From: a virus | Reading direction: 5' to 3' (one strand) | Length of the DNA: 64,000 bases | IMG/VR virus record: IMGVR_UViG_3300021389_000005 | Span: 62,362-126,361 of that record | Shown: piece after piece, positions 38,187 through 49,041 of the stretch | Layout: the number at the start of each line of letters is the position of its first letter | How positions within the stretch are numbered: the stretch's first letter is position 1 | The notes under the pieces: generated by a model | Seen by the model: the letters and a program-made list of their open reading frames with translations, nothing else | Told to the model about the DNA's origin: nothing | Databases searched by the model: none | Position numbers and translations under genes: made by a program

Positions 38187-40019
38187 ATGAGTGACTACGT
38201 AGGAGATAATAAATGGATCCCAAAGGAAGATACAGCGCAAGCTGCTTCCGAAAGAATTGTTTGGTCTACCAAACAAGTAGATGATCTTATGCTTGCGCTT
38301 GATCAAGGTTATAGACCAAAGGTTGCAATGCCTTTTTATGAAGGTAAACAATTTTTACGTAAAGGTAATATTGTATTTGAATATACTGACGAAGAAATAG
38401 GAGAATTGGCCAGATGTGCTCAAGACATTGTCTATTTTGCAGAAAAGTATGCGGTAGTAATGACAGATGAAGGTATTCAACAAGTTAAGCTTAGAGAATA
38501 TCAAAAGAAAATGCTTAGAAATTTTCAAGACGAAAGATTTAATATTGTTCTTGCTGCCCGACAAATGGGTAAAACAGTAACCGCAAGTATTTTTAATGCA
38601 TGGTATGTTACCTTTAATACAGATAAGAACACACTACTTCTTGCTAATAAATCAGATTCAACTAAAGAAATTATCGATAAGGCTAAAATTGTAGTTGAAA
38701 ACCTACCTTTCTTTATGAAACCAGGTATTATTAAATATGACGTGATGAATGTTAGATGTGATAATGGTTGTCGTCTTATAGGTCAATCAACTACCGCAAA
38801 ATCAGGTATTGGATTTACAATTCATAATTTATATCTTGATGAGTTTGCACACATTCACCCCTCTATCGCAGATGCATTTTACGAGAACGTATATCCTACG
38901 TTATCCTCGTCTAAAGTTTCAAGAATTACTATTACTTCTACACCAAACGGGTTTAATAAATTTTATAATATTTACGCTGCTGCTGAAAGAGGAGATAATG
39001 AATATAATGCAATGCGTGTCGATTGGTGGGAACACCCAGACAGAGACGATGCATGGTATGAAAGAGAATTGGCAAACCTTGGTACAATTGAAGCATTTAA
39101 TAAACAATATGGAAATGAGTTTGTCTCGTCTTCAAATCTTTTATTAGATCCTGTAGATATGAAGAAAATGAGAAAGCGTATGAAAAAATACGTTTCTCAT
39201 GAAATAGATCAATTTGATTATATTAGCATAGATGTAAAAGACACTTTATTCTGGGACCCAGATTTTGACGTAGAGACATGTAAAGATACTGAAAACTTTT
39301 GGTTATTCTCAGTAGATATTGCGGAAGGTAATGGCGGTGATTACTCTGTAATTAATATTTTTAAATTAGATCACATGAATCCTCAAGAAATTGAGAACGT
39401 AATAAATCCAGGTGCAATGTATGATTTCTTTAAATTTAATCAAGTTGCAGTTTTTAGATCAAATGAACATGTCATAGAAGATTTTGCAAAGGTTTTATAT
39501 ACACTATCAGTTGATGTGTTTAATGCAGAGAATGTTAAAATGGTAGTAGAGTATAATACATATGGTACTATTCTATTTCAATACTTAGGAACTGTATTCC
39601 CACAAAGAAACGATTTTGATGAAGAAATGATAGTTAGATTTAAACATAGACATGATAGTAAAACACTAAAACCAGGAATAAAATTAAAAACAGATAATAA
39701 AGCAGTATTCTGCCAGAATTTTGCAAAATTATACAAGATAAATAGATTAGATTTGACAGATGAATCAACAATAGTAGAAGCCAGTTTATTTGGTACATTA
39801 AGAAACGGAAGTTACGGAGCTCAAATGGGAAATGATGATACAATCATGACAGCTATTACCGCTACTGAATTTTTTAACACAACAGACTATGCAGATTACG
39901 TTGAAGAGTTATTAGATGTCATCGACCCAGATGTCCACGACGCAATGGAAAGGATCTTATTCAAAGATACCACAGAGCAAGGGGATTTACAGTTTGACAT
40001 TTATGATCTGCTTAAATAA
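38187..40019 (+). CDS. gp17: terminase large subunit
   Basis: LREYQ, ARQMGKT, LYLDEFAH, ITSTPNG, VDIAEGNGGDYS and NDDTIM. Confidence 0.95.
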   Translation: MSDYVGDNKWIPKEDTAQAASERIVWSTKQVDDLMLALDQGYRPKVAMPFYEGKQFLRKGNIVFEYTDEEIGELARCAQDIVYFAEKYAVVMTDEGIQQVKLREYQKKMLRNFQDERFNIVLAARQMGKTVTASIFNAWYVTFNTDKNTLLLANKSDSTKEIIDKAKIVVENLPFFMKPGIIKYDVMNVRCDNGCRLIGQSTTAKSGIGFTIHNLYLDEFAHIHPSIADAFYENVYPTLSSSKVSRITITSTPNGFNKFYNIYAAAERGDNEYNAMRVDWWEHPDRDDAWYERELANLGTIEAFNKQYGNEFVSSSNLLLDPVDMKKMRKRMKKYVSHEIDQFDYISIDVKDTLFWDPDFDVETCKDTENFWLFSVDIAEGNGGDYSVINIFKLDHMNPQEIENVINPGAMYDFFKFNQVAVFRSNEHVIEDFAKVLYTLSVDVFNAENVKMVVEYNTYGTILFQYLGTVFPQRNDFDEEMIVRFKHRHDSKTLKPGIKLKTDNKAVFCQNFAKLYKINRLDLTDESTIVEASLFGTLRNGSYGAQMGNDDTIMTAITATEFFNTTDYADYVEELLDVIDPDVHDAMERILFKDTTEQGDLQFDIYDLLK

Positions 40020-40077
40020 ATTTACTAAACGGAAACGGATATATAATAAAAGAACAAAAAAATAAACTAGAAAAATT

Positions 40078-42930
40078 ATGGCATTAAGTCCTCAATTACA
40101 ACAGTTCAAAAGCTCAGGCGTATATCGCTTAGAGTTTGACAAATCACAAACTGTTAACATCCCAGCTGAAACTATTAGATTAGTTGTAGGAAGATCAAAA
40201 AAAGGTCCTTACAACACTCCAGTATTCATTGAAGATGTTGAACAGTTTACAGCAGTTTTTGGCGGTGTAGATAAATCTTTAGAAAAGAAAGGAATGTTTT
40301 TCCACAGATCTGCAATCGAAACTCTATCTAGAGGCCCAATCTTAGCATTAAATTTAACTGAAGCTGATAACGCTGATCTCGTATCAATCGTATCACCTTC
40401 TACTAATTCAGGTCAAGAAGGCGGAACGCACATTAACTTATCAAAACAATATAGTACAGTTTTCGACACAGATAAATTCTGGACGCCAGCTGACTACAAA
40501 TTGTTATCAGCTGCAAATAACGAAGCAGATACTTCTGACAACGCAATATCATTTGTAAACATCAAGCAAGATCCTATTACTATTATTGTTAGACAAGCGG
40601 CTAACACTGACGGTTTTAATTTAACTGCTAGAGAATGGTACGGAGAAGCTAACATTCCAGAAGGAATCGAAGAATTAGAATACGTATCAGATTACATGGT
40701 AGACGTAATGATCTTCAAAGGTAAATTCGATGCAGCTACATTAAACAACGACCCAACATATGGTGAAATGTTTGATACTCCAGGTCTTAAAAGATCTGAG
40801 CTTGCAAAGTTTGCTGCTTTAAGAGAAGTTAGTTTACTAGCACAATACACTGGATCATTAATTCCTGATTTTATGGATAATGAAGGTCGTCAATTATACA
40901 TTGAGACTTTAATTAACTTAGAAGCAAGAAGAACAGGTTTATTCTGTGCAATTAACGAAGAAGCATTAGAAAGAATCGATTTAGTAGGTGAAAACTTTAA
41001 TATCTACCAAGATTATCAAGTACTTTCACATAGAGTTGATCAAACTGTAACCTCTACTGCTACAGCTATAAGCGCTGTAATGAAAGTAGATGGAAATGGT
41101 AACTTATTTGTTGAAGGTCTAGACGCAACTGATTTAGCAGATATCTTTATTGAAGATGGTAAATTCTTAAATTCATCAGTAAGTGGAGAATGGTTAAGAA
41201 TATCAGATGTAGTAAATGATGGATCAGGTAACTGTACAATAGAAACTGAAGATGCAGGATCTTTCGACAAAGAATCACATGAAGCATATGACGGTGATCC
41301 ACTAAACGTTGCACCAGCAACATGGACATCAGCAGCTACTATGACAGTTGATAGTGACGGTTCAATAATCATTGACTCTAACGCATGGACACAAGGAGCT
41401 GTATTAGCAGGTGCTTTCTTAGACAGCGCTTCTAATGGAGAATATGTAAAAATATCAGGTGTAGATGTAAGTTACGGTGTAGACGGAGATAAGATTAGAC
41501 TTGCTCCTGAAGGTGGAGAAGCTTTTTCACAAAACTACCACAATCTTTCAATAACATCTTTACAGCCTTTTGTTAGAATGGCAACTGCTTCTATTGATGT
41601 ATCAGTAATTAATCCTAATAATAGAGCAGTTCTTTTACCAGATGCAACTACAGGTTGGACATTTGACGACGCAGGAGCAGGTAACATTATCTACTCTAGA
41701 ACAAGTTTAGTTGCAGATGCTTTCGATTGGTCAGACGTTAAAGTTGGAATGTATATGCCAACTGCAGCTGGAAAATTAGCTAAGATTACAAGAAAGGTTA
41801 AAGAAGTAGATGGATCAACAACTAAGTATAAATTAACAGTACACAGAGACGTTGGTAACATAAGACCTGGTCACGTACTTAGAAGATACGAAGAGTCTAC
41901 AGAACATTACACTATGTTCCCATTAAGTGGAGCAACTCATACGCCTAAGAAAATTGCAGAATTAATGTCAGCAATCAAGCCAGGTACAGGTTTAGGTAAT
42001 GCTTTAGTCGATAAAGATAATATCACATTCAGATATGTAGTTGATACATTTGGATCATTAGAAGATGGTACTATCTTAAATAAAGAAGAATTAACACTTC
42101 TTTGTAAAGAAAGACAAAACGCGTCAGCTATATTAAACGCTCCGATGGTTAAAGAATTGAAGAAATCAACAAATCCTTCTTTCATGAACACGCTATCTAA
42201 CGCATTTGATGTTAACACAGTAGCAACTGGTGGTAATTTAGATTTAAATCCATCATTATTGTATACGCTTCCTTCAATCAATGAAGGTGCTAACTACGGA
42301 TTCTATTATGGTCCTGGTTTAAATGTACTTGAGAACGGTAAAACGTTGGTAATTCCACCAGCAGCTTACGTATCTAACAATTACATCGATAAGTATACAA
42401 GCGCATTACCATGGTCAATCATCGCAGGTCCAAGAAGAGGAGTTGTAGGAGGTACAGGTGTACAAGGTTTAGAATTTGCATTCGATAAGAATGACAGAGA
42501 CGTACTTGAGCCATTTGGTTATAACCCAATCGTATTCGAAAGAGGCGTTGGTTTAACGATTAAAGGTAACAAAACTGCACAGCAAGGAATTCAATCAGCA
42601 TTATCTTCTGCACACGTTAGAGAAGCAATGATCTACATCGAAGATGGTTTAGCTGAGATATTAAAGAACTACTTGTTCGAGTTTAATACTGCTCAAACTA
42701 GATTAGAGATTAAAACTTTAGCAGACAACTTTATGGAGTCAGTTAAGAAAGATCAAGGTGTTTACGATTACAGAAACATCATGGACGGAACTAACAACAC
42801 TAACGAAGTTATTGACAACAACATGGGTATTTTAGATACTTACGTTGAGCCAGTTAAAGGTCTTGAAATCTTAGTATCGAGAGTAACAATCTTGAATACA
42901 GGAGAAATCGCAACCGGCAACTTTGCATAA
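40078..42930 (+). CDS. gp18: contractile tail sheath protein with a large central insertion
   Basis: SSGVYRLEFDKS, PWSIIAGPRRG, NPI, LFEFN and NNTNEVIDNN. Confidence 0.92.
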   Translation: MALSPQLQQFKSSGVYRLEFDKSQTVNIPAETIRLVVGRSKKGPYNTPVFIEDVEQFTAVFGGVDKSLEKKGMFFHRSAIETLSRGPILALNLTEADNADLVSIVSPSTNSGQEGGTHINLSKQYSTVFDTDKFWTPADYKLLSAANNEADTSDNAISFVNIKQDPITIIVRQAANTDGFNLTAREWYGEANIPEGIEELEYVSDYMVDVMIFKGKFDAATLNNDPTYGEMFDTPGLKRSELAKFAALREVSLLAQYTGSLIPDFMDNEGRQLYIETLINLEARRTGLFCAINEEALERIDLVGENFNIYQDYQVLSHRVDQTVTSTATAISAVMKVDGNGNLFVEGLDATDLADIFIEDGKFLNSSVSGEWLRISDVVNDGSGNCTIETEDAGSFDKESHEAYDGDPLNVAPATWTSAATMTVDSDGSIIIDSNAWTQGAVLAGAFLDSASNGEYVKISGVDVSYGVDGDKIRLAPEGGEAFSQNYHNLSITSLQPFVRMATASIDVSVINPNNRAVLLPDATTGWTFDDAGAGNIIYSRTSLVADAFDWSDVKVGMYMPTAAGKLAKITRKVKEVDGSTTKYKLTVHRDVGNIRPGHVLRRYEESTEHYTMFPLSGATHTPKKIAELMSAIKPGTGLGNALVDKDNITFRYVVDTFGSLEDGTILNKEELTLLCKERQNASAILNAPMVKELKKSTNPSFMNTLSNAFDVNTVATGGNLDLNPSLLYTLPSINEGANYGFYYGPGLNVLENGKTLVIPPAAYVSNNYIDKYTSALPWSIIAGPRRGVVGGTGVQGLEFAFDKNDRDVLEPFGYNPIVFERGVGLTIKGNKTAQQGIQSALSSAHVREAMIYIEDGLAEILKNYLFEFNTAQTRLEIKTLADNFMESVKKDQGVYDYRNIMDGTNNTNEVIDNNMGILDTYVEPVKGLEILVSRVTILNTGEIATGNFA

Positions 42931-42966
42931 GAAACTAGATATATAAAATAAACAAAGATAAAAATT

Positions 42967-43524
42967 ATGGCTTTACCACATTATTCAGAGGATCAAACTC
43001 AAAAGAAAGGTAGAAATTTTGAAGCTGTACAGGCTAACCTGTTCGAAGTAACAATCCTGCCACCAGATGGTGTAACAGGACAAGGAATGTTATTACAGCA
43101 CATTAACTCTATCTCAGGGCTAGATACTCTACACAGGGAAGTAGCTGCAGTTGAACAAAAGTACAAGTTTGCTACCAGATCATTTGCTGGTATGCCTGAC
43201 GGAACTGCGATCGACGTGACAGTTAACTTTACATTAAACTTAAACGATTCTAACCAAGCGTATTTATATAAAACTATAAGACAATGGTACAGATCTCAAT
43301 ACAATCCAGAAACTGGTGAATTAGGTCTTAAAAAGAATTACGTAGGTACAATTGTAATAGTACAATTCAACAGAGAAGGAGACATTTACAGAAAGGTAAC
43401 ACTTGATGATTGTTTCATTACTTCTGGAGTTGGTTTCACAGGAGAATTAAACTATGAAACTGCGGATCCACAAACGTTAGAGATCACTTGGAGAGCTGAT
43501 GTTTGGGCTGAAGAACTAAACTAA
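42967..43524 (+). CDS. gp19: tail tube protein
   Basis: Follows the sheath gene; NLFEV, QWYRSQYNPETG..GLKKNY and QFNREG. Confidence 0.85.
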   Translation: MALPHYSEDQTQKKGRNFEAVQANLFEVTILPPDGVTGQGMLLQHINSISGLDTLHREVAAVEQKYKFATRSFAGMPDGTAIDVTVNFTLNLNDSNQAYLYKTIRQWYRSQYNPETGELGLKKNYVGTIVIVQFNREGDIYRKVTLDDCFITSGVGFTGELNYETADPQTLEITWRADVWAEELN

Positions 43525-43533
43525 GATAAATTT

Positions 43534-43571
43534 AAAGGAGAGGATGCTTCTGTATCTTCTCCTTTTATTTT
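43534..43571 (+). terminator. rho-independent terminator
   Basis: AAAGGAGAGGATGC/GTATCTTCTCCTTT stem with a T-rich tail. Confidence 0.7.
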
Positions 43572-43611
43572 GCACAGAAAATATATTATATTATTAACAT
43601 ATCAAAATATT

Positions 43612-43833
43612 ATGAATAACAATAAATTAACCAAAAAGCTCCAAGTGCTTCTAACAGAGGCAGAAGTAAGAGAGGTTAATCGGGTTATTTTAAATGAAGC
43701 TTTAGAAACAGAAACTCGACCAGTGTCAGTAAGTGCATGGATAAGAGATCTAATTCAAAAAGAATTATCACGCAAAACACCCGATCAAAAATCAATATTA
43801 AAACAAACACTGAAAAACCTAAAAGACAAATAA
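43612..43833 (+). CDS. ribbon-helix-helix-like DNA-binding protein
   Basis: KLQVLLTEAE...SVSAWIRDLIQKEL (beta-alpha-alpha). Confidence 0.5.
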   Translation: MNNNKLTKKLQVLLTEAEVREVNRVILNEALETETRPVSVSAWIRDLIQKELSRKTPDQKSILKQTLKNLKDK

Positions 43834-43834
43834 C

Positions 43835-44830
43835 ATGAGTGAAGAAAATAACAAAAGAGAAGAAGCGGCTAAAAGGGCTTTAGAGTCAAAAGACGCTATC
43901 AACAGACCATCTATTCCAGAATCAAAAGAAGAAGTTTCTAGTATGGAAGCGGTTATCGATGAGAACGGTTTAGGTAAGGTTAGTATGGGATCATTTACTC
44001 CCCCAAAAGCAGCACCATCTGATGATTTATTAGGATGGCACGTTGAAAATCTAGATAATTTACCATCAAAAGGTAAATTCTATCCAGCTGACACTATCAT
44101 TAAGATCAGATCTGCAAAGGCAGCTGAGATTAGACATTTTTCTACCATGGATGATAATAATTACATCGACATGGAAGATAAGTTAAACGCTATCGTAGAA
44201 TCATGTGCAAGAATTATGTCAGGGGACAGAAGATTATCTTATAAAGATATTTTAGAAGAAGATAGAATTGTACTTCTTTTAAGTATTAGAGATTTAACTT
44301 TTCCAGAACCAGAAAATAAGTTGATACTTAAGGGTAGAACTAAGAAGGGTAAAAAGTCAGTTGATATCGAATTAGCAACTAAAAATTTGGTACCTACTAT
44401 AATTGAACCAGAAATTGAAAAATATTACAATTCAGGTGAAAGAATCTATACTATCCAAACTAGATCAGCTGGTGAAATCAGAATGAAACCACCTACAATT
44501 GGTGTTATGGAAGAAGTAACTGCGTATTTACAAGACAGACAAGAAAAAGAAGTCGAACTAGATAAAGCATTTATTCAAGTATTACCATATATTGTATCTG
44601 ATTGGAGAGGATTATCTCTTGCCAAAATATTTCAACTAGAAGTTGATTATAAAGGATGGGACGATAGAAAATATATGATAGTTTATAGATTAGCAGAAAA
44701 AATGAGAATTGGTGTACAAACAACACTTGAAATGGAAATCGATGGGGAGATCGCAACGGCCCCTCTTGACTTCCCAGGTGGCATCAAAAGTCTTTTCATT
44801 ATTTCAGATCTCTCTGCAGAACTACTTTAA
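43835..44830 (+). CDS. gp26: baseplate hub / tail assembly chaperone (gp26-like)
   Basis: LPSKGKFY, DRIVLLLSIR and IRMKPPTI; lies between tube and tape measure. Confidence 0.6.
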   Translation: MSEENNKREEAAKRALESKDAINRPSIPESKEEVSSMEAVIDENGLGKVSMGSFTPPKAAPSDDLLGWHVENLDNLPSKGKFYPADTIIKIRSAKAAEIRHFSTMDDNNYIDMEDKLNAIVESCARIMSGDRRLSYKDILEEDRIVLLLSIRDLTFPEPENKLILKGRTKKGKKSVDIELATKNLVPTIIEPEIEKYYNSGERIYTIQTRSAGEIRMKPPTIGVMEEVTAYLQDRQEKEVELDKAFIQVLPYIVSDWRGLSLAKIFQLEVDYKGWDDRKYMIVYRLAEKMRIGVQTTLEMEIDGEIATAPLDFPGGIKSLFIISDLSAELL

Positions 44831-45074
44831 GACTAAGTTCTACCTGGGTATACATCTTAGAATGCAACCCTCGGAGATTGAAGAAATGTACTACTATGAA
44901 TATTGGTATTATGTTCAAAATCTTCAAGAGTACATTAAGGCTAAGAATAAACAAACATCGGAACAATCAGAACAACAGGAGAAACAATCGGCTGCTATGA
45001 GATCGCAGTCCTCTCCTAAGATGCCCAAAGTTCCTTCAATGAAAGCACCTACATTTAAGATGCCGAAATTGTAA
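44793..45074 (+). CDS. gp51-like baseplate assembly segment, possibly expressed by frameshift from the upstream gene
   Basis: ISLQNYFKTKFYL..HLRMQPSEIEEMYYYEYWYYVQNLQEYIK resembles the short gp51 of T4-like phages. It is in the +1 frame, overlaps the end of gp26, and its start is uncertain. Confidence 0.55.
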   Translation, partial: FSLFQISLQNYFKTKFYLGIHLRMQPSEIEEMYYYEYWYYVQNLQEYIKAKNKQTSEQSEQQEKQSAAMRSQSSPKMPKVPSMKAPTFKMPKL

Positions 45075-45150
45075 AGATATATAGTATGAGAGACGGTGTG
45101 CTGGTTTAGCGATCAGCACACCACATACTTAAAAAATATTTCTCGAAGAC

Positions 45151-48100
45151 TTGAACTTAAATTTTATGAAAAGCGCCTTTGATAGGATGGGTGCTCAAAG
45201 CAAAGCGATAGAAGAACTCAATGAGTCTGCTAAAGTAACCGCAGCATCGGTTACTGTTGGTGGAGATTTGTATTCGAGAATAGACGCACTTGTTACTGTA
45301 CTGGAAGATATGGCCACTGGTAAATCCGGAGGTGGAGGTAATAAGACAAGTATTAAAGAAGCTATGGCCATGGCAATCATGGCACCCACACTAAAGCCAA
45401 TAGGTACAGGTTTGGGCTATATAGTAGAAGCACTTAACAAATTAGGACCTGACGGAGAGAAAAAAGCTAAGGCAATGGAAGGCATTGCTGGCGCTTTATC
45501 AAAACTCGGGGCAGTCGGTAAGTCTATATTCGCATTCGCAGGGTATATGGCACTTTCAATTCCACTTTTAATAATAACAGCAATGGCATCGCCCTTAATA
45601 GCGATAGCTCTTTTTGCGACAATTGGTGCAGTGATGTTAGTGGCCAAAATACTAGATAAAAAGAAATTAAAGGCATTAGCACAACTTAAAAAAGTAGGTT
45701 TAGCCCTTTTGGTTTTTGCTGGATCATTAGCTTTAATATCTTTATTTATAGGACCTGCAATTAAAGGAGCTATAGGAGTTGCTATTATGTTAGGTATAAT
45801 AGGTATAACCCTGAAACTACTTGATATGTTAGGCATTTTAGATGGTAAGAGGTTAAAAGAATTCGGAACAGGAATGATGTTATTAGGACTTGGTATATTA
45901 GCCATGGCTATTTCATTCGCATTAGTTCAATTAATAATGCCACAAGCAATGAAAGGTGCCTTATGGGCATTGGGTATTATATTAGTAATGGGATTAATGT
46001 TCTGGATGCTAGACAAAATGGGAGTCGATAAGAGCATGCGAGAAGGTATTATGGCAATTGCCATGGCCGGTATTGCTATTGTCGGTTTAGGTCTTGCATT
46101 TGCGATATTTAAGTATTTGATTCCAGATATGGAAACAATTTGGGCAGCTATTAAAATGTTAGCAATTATCGGTGGAACATTTATGGTAATAGGATTAATG
46201 CAAAAACCAATTATGACAGGTGCTAAAGCTCTATTATGGGCTTCATTAGCGATAGTAGTTGTAGCTCTTTCATTTATAATCTTAAATGCATTAATTCCAC
46301 CTGGAGAAATGACACTTGAATCGTTTATGCCTCTTTTAGTAGTAGCTGGAATAGCAGCGGCTTTTGTGATCATAGGTTTAGGTGCTAGTTTAATTCAACA
46401 AGGTGCTATCGCAATGATATTAGCAGGTGTTTCTGTTATACTAATAGCTCTTGCAGTAAGAATGATTGCCAAACCTTTACAAAAAGGAGGATGGGAACTT
46501 ATTGGCCAAATAGGAGCTTTAATAGCAATGTTAGGTATAGAATTTGGTTTATTCGGTTTAGCAGCTCCGTTTATTTTAGCGGGTGCAGCAGCGATGTTAG
46601 TCGCTGGTGTAGCGATGATAGCAATAGCTGGAGGTACCGCAGCGATGGGTGCAGTATTAAACAAAAGTAAAAAATTATTAGAACCTGCTCCTTCTGGTGA
46701 AGGATCAAACTTGTCTGTTTTACTAAATACAATTGGCGACGCATTTAGTATGTGGCCATGGAGAGCAGCAGGTATATTAGTTGGTGCAGCTGCAATGTTA
46801 ACTGCAGGTCTTGCATTAATATCAATCGGAGCCGGTATTAGTAAATTCCAGGTAATTTCTGAGAAAGCTGATTTACCTAAATTGGCTGAGAATATAGCAT
46901 TTATGGTCGGTTCATTAGCCGTTCCTTTTAATTTAATAGGTGGAGGTGGAACACTTTCAGTTAAGGATCCAATGACTGGGAAGATGGTAGACATTAAATT
47001 CACTGGCGGTGGAGGTGGTTTCTTCGGCTTAGGTGGTAGTAATCCAGTAGCTATGGGTATTTCTTCTGTACATGGTATGGGAGCTGCATTAACTGGAATT
47101 GCTAAAGGTGTTCAGAACATGGCTAATCTTAAATTTCCAACAGGATTTGATAAAGACGGTAATGCAACTGGATATGAAACACTATCAGGAGACATTTGGA
47201 AAACAGTTATCGAAAACACCGTAACTATGGTCGGTTCATTAGCAGTTCCATTTGCTATGATAGGTAACGGCCTTACAATAACAGATCCAGAAACTGGTCA
47301 ACAAATTAAATTACCAGGTGGGGGTAAAAAAGGACTTTTAGCTTCTATATTCGGTGGAGGTGAATCTAACCCGGTAGCAGATGGTATTTCTTCTGTACAA
47401 GGTATGGGTGAAGCTTTAACTGGTATAGCTATGGGTGTACAAGCCATGGCGATGCTTAAAATGCCAACAGGTTTTGATCCAGAAACTGGCGAGCCAACAG
47501 GTTTTGAGCCCTTTAATTTAGAGCACGCTAAAACAGTAACCGCAAACACTAAGACATTAATAACAGCACTATCTGGTACTTTTGCACAAGTAGGTAATTC
47601 ACCCGATGCTAAAACTAGTTGGTGGGGAGGAAAGTCTACAATACAAAAAGGTATTGATCTCGTACAGGGTATGGGAACACCTCTTAAAAATTTAGCAACA
47701 GGTGTTCAAGATATGGCCAATTTAAAATTCGCCAAAGGATATGATGCTGAAGGTAAAGCCACAGGGTATTACACTATTTCAGATCTAGATAAAATTGTAC
47801 CTAAAATTGAAAGTAATTCACAGATGTTAATTAAAGCACTTACAAATGTATTTACTACTATAGGTGGTAGTGACGCTGCTAAGGGCAGAGGATGGACATT
47901 CTGGAAACCTACCAAATTTGAAAAAGGTATTAAATTAGTTGAAAAAATTGCAGATCCATTTAAAAAATTAGCGGGAGCTGCTAAGAATGCTGCAAATATA
48001 GTTAAAGACATTTCGAACGCACAAGAGGTTCAAGAAAAGGTTAAAGCTATGATTCAAGCTATTACTGAGGCAGGTGGAGAAAGATCAGAATCAGAAATAG

Positions 48101-49035
48101 AAACTTCAATTAGAATGGTAAATGCACTAGGGCACAACTACGATATATTTAGTTATGCTATACCTAAAATAGTATCAGCCGTGAATAGCTTCCAAGCTAA
48201 ACAAGGTAGAGCATTTATGAGCATTTTTGGTGGCGAATCAACACCCAAAACTCTTGTTCCAAAGCTAATGATGTTAAAGGGACTTAGCACAGCATATGGT
48301 AAAATGTCTTGGGCAATTCCAAAAATGACAGCAGCTATTAATGGTTTAGTACCAGAAGCTATGACTTCATTTGTTAAAATAATAGGTGGTTCCACATTCT
48401 TCCCAGGACAAGCTGAAGCAAAAACAAAAATGTTCATTGTTATAGGTAAAACTTTCTCACGCATGGGCGATGCTGTTCCTAAGATTTCATCAGCTGTTAA
48501 TCAACTAGATCCATTTAAGGCAACTATTATGAAAAATATGTTTATGGGTCCAGTTAGTAAAATAAGACCGATAGCAGGTTACACTGCTCAAGCATTATTA
48601 TGGAGATCTATTGGTAGAAATATGGAAGCTAATGCTAAATCTTTTCCTGAAGTTGCTAGTGCTATTAATTCAATGGATCTTACCAAACTAAAAGAATCTC
48701 GTCAAATGTTCGAGGCACTTGCAGTTCTTTCTAGTGCAGATAGTCCAGATGATATATTAGAGGCAATGGGTGAATCTCTTGAAAAGGCTTTAGAGAATTT
48801 GGCAGAGATGATTGAGAAATTTAAAACTTCCGTAAGTGAAGGTAACGCTGAAAATGCCGGCATATTGGAAAAAGCAGCAGGTGGACTAGGAAGAACAATA
48901 GGTGCATTTGCTTCTGGAGTTACTGGAGGTGGAAGTGGAGGAGATTCAGCACAGGTTGTTGCAGCTATTAACAAAATGCATAGATCATTATCCGGTTCTG
49001 GTATTAGAATCAAAAATGTAGATGAACTAGGATAA
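45151..49035 (+). CDS. tape measure protein
   Basis: 1294 aa, A/G/M-rich, long hydrophobic block and internal repeats (GVQNMANLKF..G.D..G..TG), directly after the tail chaperones. Confidence 0.75.
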   Translation: MNLNFMKSAFDRMGAQSKAIEELNESAKVTAASVTVGGDLYSRIDALVTVLEDMATGKSGGGGNKTSIKEAMAMAIMAPTLKPIGTGLGYIVEALNKLGPDGEKKAKAMEGIAGALSKLGAVGKSIFAFAGYMALSIPLLIITAMASPLIAIALFATIGAVMLVAKILDKKKLKALAQLKKVGLALLVFAGSLALISLFIGPAIKGAIGVAIMLGIIGITLKLLDMLGILDGKRLKEFGTGMMLLGLGILAMAISFALVQLIMPQAMKGALWALGIILVMGLMFWMLDKMGVDKSMREGIMAIAMAGIAIVGLGLAFAIFKYLIPDMETIWAAIKMLAIIGGTFMVIGLMQKPIMTGAKALLWASLAIVVVALSFIILNALIPPGEMTLESFMPLLVVAGIAAAFVIIGLGASLIQQGAIAMILAGVSVILIALAVRMIAKPLQKGGWELIGQIGALIAMLGIEFGLFGLAAPFILAGAAAMLVAGVAMIAIAGGTAAMGAVLNKSKKLLEPAPSGEGSNLSVLLNTIGDAFSMWPWRAAGILVGAAAMLTAGLALISIGAGISKFQVISEKADLPKLAENIAFMVGSLAVPFNLIGGGGTLSVKDPMTGKMVDIKFTGGGGGFFGLGGSNPVAMGISSVHGMGAALTGIAKGVQNMANLKFPTGFDKDGNATGYETLSGDIWKTVIENTVTMVGSLAVPFAMIGNGLTITDPETGQQIKLPGGGKKGLLASIFGGGESNPVADGISSVQGMGEALTGIAMGVQAMAMLKMPTGFDPETGEPTGFEPFNLEHAKTVTANTKTLITALSGTFAQVGNSPDAKTSWWGGKSTIQKGIDLVQGMGTPLKNLATGVQDMANLKFAKGYDAEGKATGYYTISDLDKIVPKIESNSQMLIKALTNVFTTIGGSDAAKGRGWTFWKPTKFEKGIKLVEKIADPFKKLAGAAKNAANIVKDISNAQEVQEKVKAMIQAITEAGGERSESEIETSIRMVNALGHNYDIFSYAIPKIVSAVNSFQAKQGRAFMSIFGGESTPKTLVPKLMMLKGLSTAYGKMSWAIPKMTAAINGLVPEAMTSFVKIIGGSTFFPGQAEAKTKMFIVIGKTFSRMGDAVPKISSAVNQLDPFKATIMKNMFMGPVSKIRPIAGYTAQALLWRSIGRNMEANAKSFPEVASAINSMDLTKLKESRQMFEALAVLSSADSPDDILEAMGESLEKALENLAEMIEKFKTSVSEGNAENAGILEKAAGGLGRTIGAFASGVTGGGSGGDSAQVVAAINKMHRSLSGSGIRIKNVDELG

Positions 49036-49041
49036 TCTTAT

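Noticed and set aside
45195-49013. Series of minus-strand ORFs opposite the tape measure gene
   Set aside because: Antisense shadows of Ala/Gly/Ile-rich codons, with no promoter motifs or recognisable domains.
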